Below are positions 60,201 to 63,863 of a stretch of 63,863 bases of DNA, piece after piece (position 1 is the stretch's first letter; each line of letters starts with the position of its first letter). The DNA comes from Mobula hypostoma (lineage: Eukaryota). The translations under genes were made by a program, and so were the position numbers. The stretch covers positions 6,572,001 through 6,635,863 of the forward strand of contig NC_086108.1 in assembly GCF_963921235.1 (NCBI RefSeq), read 5' to 3'. The notes under the pieces are model-generated. The model saw only the letters and a program-made list of their open reading frames with translations, was not told where the DNA came from and searched no databases.

Positions 60201-63200
60201 CACTCAACAGTCCGAAACACACCCCACTGAACAGTCCAAAACACATCCCACTCAACAGTCCGAAACACATCCCCAACTCAACAGTCCGAAACACACCCCA
60301 CTCAACAGTCCGAAACACATCCCAACTCAACACTCCGAAACACTCCCCAACTCAACAGTCCGAAACACATCCCACTCAACAGTCCGAAACACATCCCACT
60401 CAACAGTCCAAAACACATCTCACTCAACAGTCCGAAACACATCCCACTCAACAGTCCGAAACTCAGCCCACTCAACAGTCCGAAACTCAGCCCACTCAAC
60501 ACTCCGAAACACTCCCCAACTCAACAGTCCGAAACACATCCCACTCAACAGTCCGAAACACATCCCACTCAACAGTCCAAAACACATCTCACTCAACAGT
60601 CCGAAACACATCCCACTCAACAGTCCGAAACTCAGCCCACTCAACAGTCCGAAACTCAGCCCACTCAACAGTCCGAAACACACACCACTGAACAGTCCGA
60701 AACACTCCCCAACTCAACAGTCCGAAACACATCCCCAACTCAACAGTCCGAAACACATCCCCAACTCAACAGTCCGAAGCACATCCCACTCAACAGTGCG
60801 AAACACTCCCCAACACAACAGTCCGAAAAACATCCCCACTCAACAGTCCGAAACACATCCCCACTCAACAGTGCGAAACACATCCCCACTGAACAGTCCG
60901 AAAAACATCCCACTCAACAGTCCGAAACACATCCCACTGAAGAGTCCGAAACACATCCTCACTCAACAGTTTGAAAACACATCCCCACTCAACAGTCCGA
61001 AACACACCCACTCAACAGTCTGAAAACACATCCCACTCAACAGTCCGAAACACTCCCCAACTCAACAGTCCGAAACACACCCACTCAACAGTCTGAGAAC
61101 AGATCCCCACTCAACAGTCCGAAACACATCCCACTCAACAGTCCGAAACACTCCCCAACTCAACAGTCCGAAACACACCCACTCAACAGTCTGAAAACAG
61201 ATCCCACTCAGCAGTCCGAAAAACATCCCACTCAACAGTCCGAAACACATCCCACTCAACAGTCTGAAACACATCCTGCTCAACAGTCCGAAAAACATCC
61301 CACTCAGCAGTCCGAAACACATCCCGCTCAACACAGTAAAATACATTCCCACTCAACAGTCCGAAACACATCCTGCTCAACAGTCCGAAACACATCCTCA
61401 CTCAACAGTCCGAAAACACATCCCACTGCACAGTCCGAAACACATCCCACTCAACAGTCCGAAACACATCCTCACTCAACAGTCCGAAACTCAGCCACAC
61501 TCAACAGTCCGAAACACATCCCCAACTGAACACTCCGAAACACATCCCCAACTCAACAGTCCGAAACACATCCCCACTCAACAGTCCGAAACACACCCGC
61601 TCAACAGTCCGAAACACACCCCCACTGAACAGTCTGAAACACATCCCCACTCAACAGTCCGAAAAACATCCTCACTCAACAGTCCGAAACACATCCCCAC
61701 TGAACAATCCGAAACACATCCTCACTCAACAGTCCGAAACACTCCCCAACTCAACAGTCCGAAACACATCCCCACTCAACAGTCCGAAACACACCCACTC
61801 AACAGTCTGAAAACACATCCCACTCAACAGTCCGAAACACACCCACTCAACAGTCTGAAAACAGATCCCACTCAACAGTCCGAAACACATCCCACTCAAC
61901 AGTCTGAAAACACATCCCCACTCAACAGTCTGAAACACATCCTGCTCAACAGTCCGAAACACACCCCACTCAACATTCCGAAACACAGCCCACTCTACAG
62001 TACGAAACACATCCCCACTCAACATGCAAAAAACATCCCACTCAACAGTCCGAAACACATCCCACTCAACAGTCCGAAACACATCCCACTCAACAGTCCG
62101 AAACACATCCCAGTAAACAATTCGAAACACATCCCACTCAATACTTGAAACACACACCACTCAACATTCGGAAACACATCCCACTCAACAGTCAGAAACC
62201 TATCCCCACTCAACAGTCCGAAAACATCCCATTCAACAGTCAGAAACACATCCCACTCAACAGTCTAAAACACAGCCCACTCAATAGTCGAAACACACCC
62301 CACTGAACAGTCCGAAACACATCCCCACTCAACAGACCGAAGCACATCGCACTCAACAGTCCGAAACACACCCGACTCAGCAGTCCGAAACACATCTCAC
62401 TCAACAGTCCAAATCACATCCTACTCAACAGTCCGAAACAAATCCCAAATCAACAGTCCGAAACACATCCGCAGTGAACAGTCCAAAACACATCCAACCC
62501 AACAGTCCGAAACACACCCCACTCAGCAGTCCGAAACACAACCCACTCAACAGTCCGAAACACTCCCCCACTCACCAGTCCGAAACACTCCCCCACTCAC
62601 CAGTCCGAAACACATCCCACTCAACAGTCCGACACACACCTCGACTCAACTGTCTGAAACACATCCCACTCAACAGTCCGAAACACACCCCACTCAACAG
62701 TCCAAAACACATCCAACACAACAGTCCGAAACACAGCCCACTCAACTGTCTGAAAACAGATGCCACTCAACAGTCCGAAACACATCCCACTCAACAGTCC
62801 GAAACACACCCCATTCAACATCTGAAAGCAGATCCCACTCAACAGTCCGAAACACATCCCACTCAACAGTCCGAAACACATCCCCACTCAACAGTCCGAA
62901 AACACATCCCCACTCAACAGTCCGAAACTCAGCCCACTCAACAGTCCGAAACACATCCCCACTCCACAGTCCGAAAACACATCCCCACTCAACAGTCCGA
63001 AACTCAGCCCACTCAACTGTCTGAAACACATCCCCACTCAACAGTCCAAAACACATCCAACCCAACAGTCCGAAAAACATCCCACTCAACAGTCCGAAAC
63101 ACATCCCACTCAACAGTCCGAAACACTCCTCCACTCAACAGTCCGAAACACAACCCACTCAACTGTCCGAAACACACCCCACTCAACAGTCCGAAATACA

Positions 63201-63863
63201 TCCCACTCAACAGTCCGAAAACACATCCCCACTCAACAGTCCGAAACACACCACACTCAACAGTCCGAAACACATCCCAACTCAACACTCCGAAACACTC
63301 CCCAACTCAACAGTCCGAAACACATCCCACTCAACAGTCCGAAACACATACCACTCAACAGTGCAAAACACTCCCCAACTCAACAGTCCGAAACACATCC
63401 CACTCAACAGTCCAAAACACATCCCACTCAACAGTCCGAAACTCAGCCCACTCAACTGTCTGAAACACATCCCCACTCAACAGTCCAAAACACATCCAAC
63501 CCAACAGTCAGAAAAACATCCCACTCAACAGTCCGAAACACATTCCACTCAACAGTCCGAACACTCCTCCACTCAACAGTCCGAAAACACATCCCCACTC
63601 AACAGTCCGAAACACACCACACTCAACAGTCCGAAACACATCCCAACTCAACACTCCGAAACACTCCCCAACTCAACAGTCCGAAACACATCCCACTCAA
63701 CAGTCCGAAACACATACCACTCAACAGTGCAAAACACTCCCCAACTCAACAGTCCGAAACACATCCCACTCAACAGTCCAAAACACATCCCACTCAACAG
63801 TCCGAAACTCAGCCCACTCAACTGTCTGAAACACATCCCCACTCAACAGTCCAAAACACATCC
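54215..63863. repeat. Large ~24-bp satellite/minisatellite array (roughly 390 units), continuing beyond the window
   Basis: Consensus CCCACTCAACAGTCCGAAACACAT with 23-26-bp variants; C/A-rich + strand; higher-order duplications. Confidence 0.98.

Noticed and set aside
62474..63463. 329-aa ORF (SPKH/TQQSETHP repeats) and the many MCFGLLSG ORFs on the minus strand
   Set aside because: These are translations of the satellite. The peptide switches register with unit indels and the monomer simply lacks stop codons.
54215..63863. CRISPR-like array (constant ACTCAACAGTCCGAAACAC core with variable gaps)
   Set aside because: The gaps are only 4-7 nt and are variants of one another, there are no cas genes and the context is eukaryotic. 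It is a tandem satellite.

Overview
Eukaryotic, repeat-saturated non-coding DNA. The repeat families (CR1 and Rex1/Babar LINE tails, V-SINEs, Deu-domain SINEs, Penelope ends) suggest a cartilaginous fish, probably a ray; this is inferred from family recognition, not a search. I found no recognisable host protein-coding exon, RNA gene or CRISPR array. Main contents: (1) a structurally complete but mutated 4.37-kb Ty3/Gypsy element at 12044-16415 (minus strand), with paired LTRs, ATAT TSD, tRNA-Trp PBS and PPT; (2) an older sushi-type chromovirus at 45168-51136 (minus strand) with a PEG10/RTL-like gag, a chromodomain and an RT/RNase H deletion, carrying nested CR1 and PIF/Harbinger insertions; (3) Penelope remnants with minimal hammerhead-ribozyme motifs, including an inverted pair flanked by a 12-bp TSD; (4) a Hero-type RLE retrotransposon 3' end, solo LTRs and Tc1/hAT MITEs; (5) four tandem arrays: a degenerate 30-bp array, a CACTGAC/(CT)n minisatellite, a 95-bp LINE-derived array and a >9.6-kb ~24-bp satellite with higher-order duplications that runs off the window end. 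Nearly all ORFs in the track are TE fragments or repeat artefacts. I see no convincing new biological system; the findings are testable hypotheses. Boundaries of degraded elements are approximate, and identities were counted by eye.
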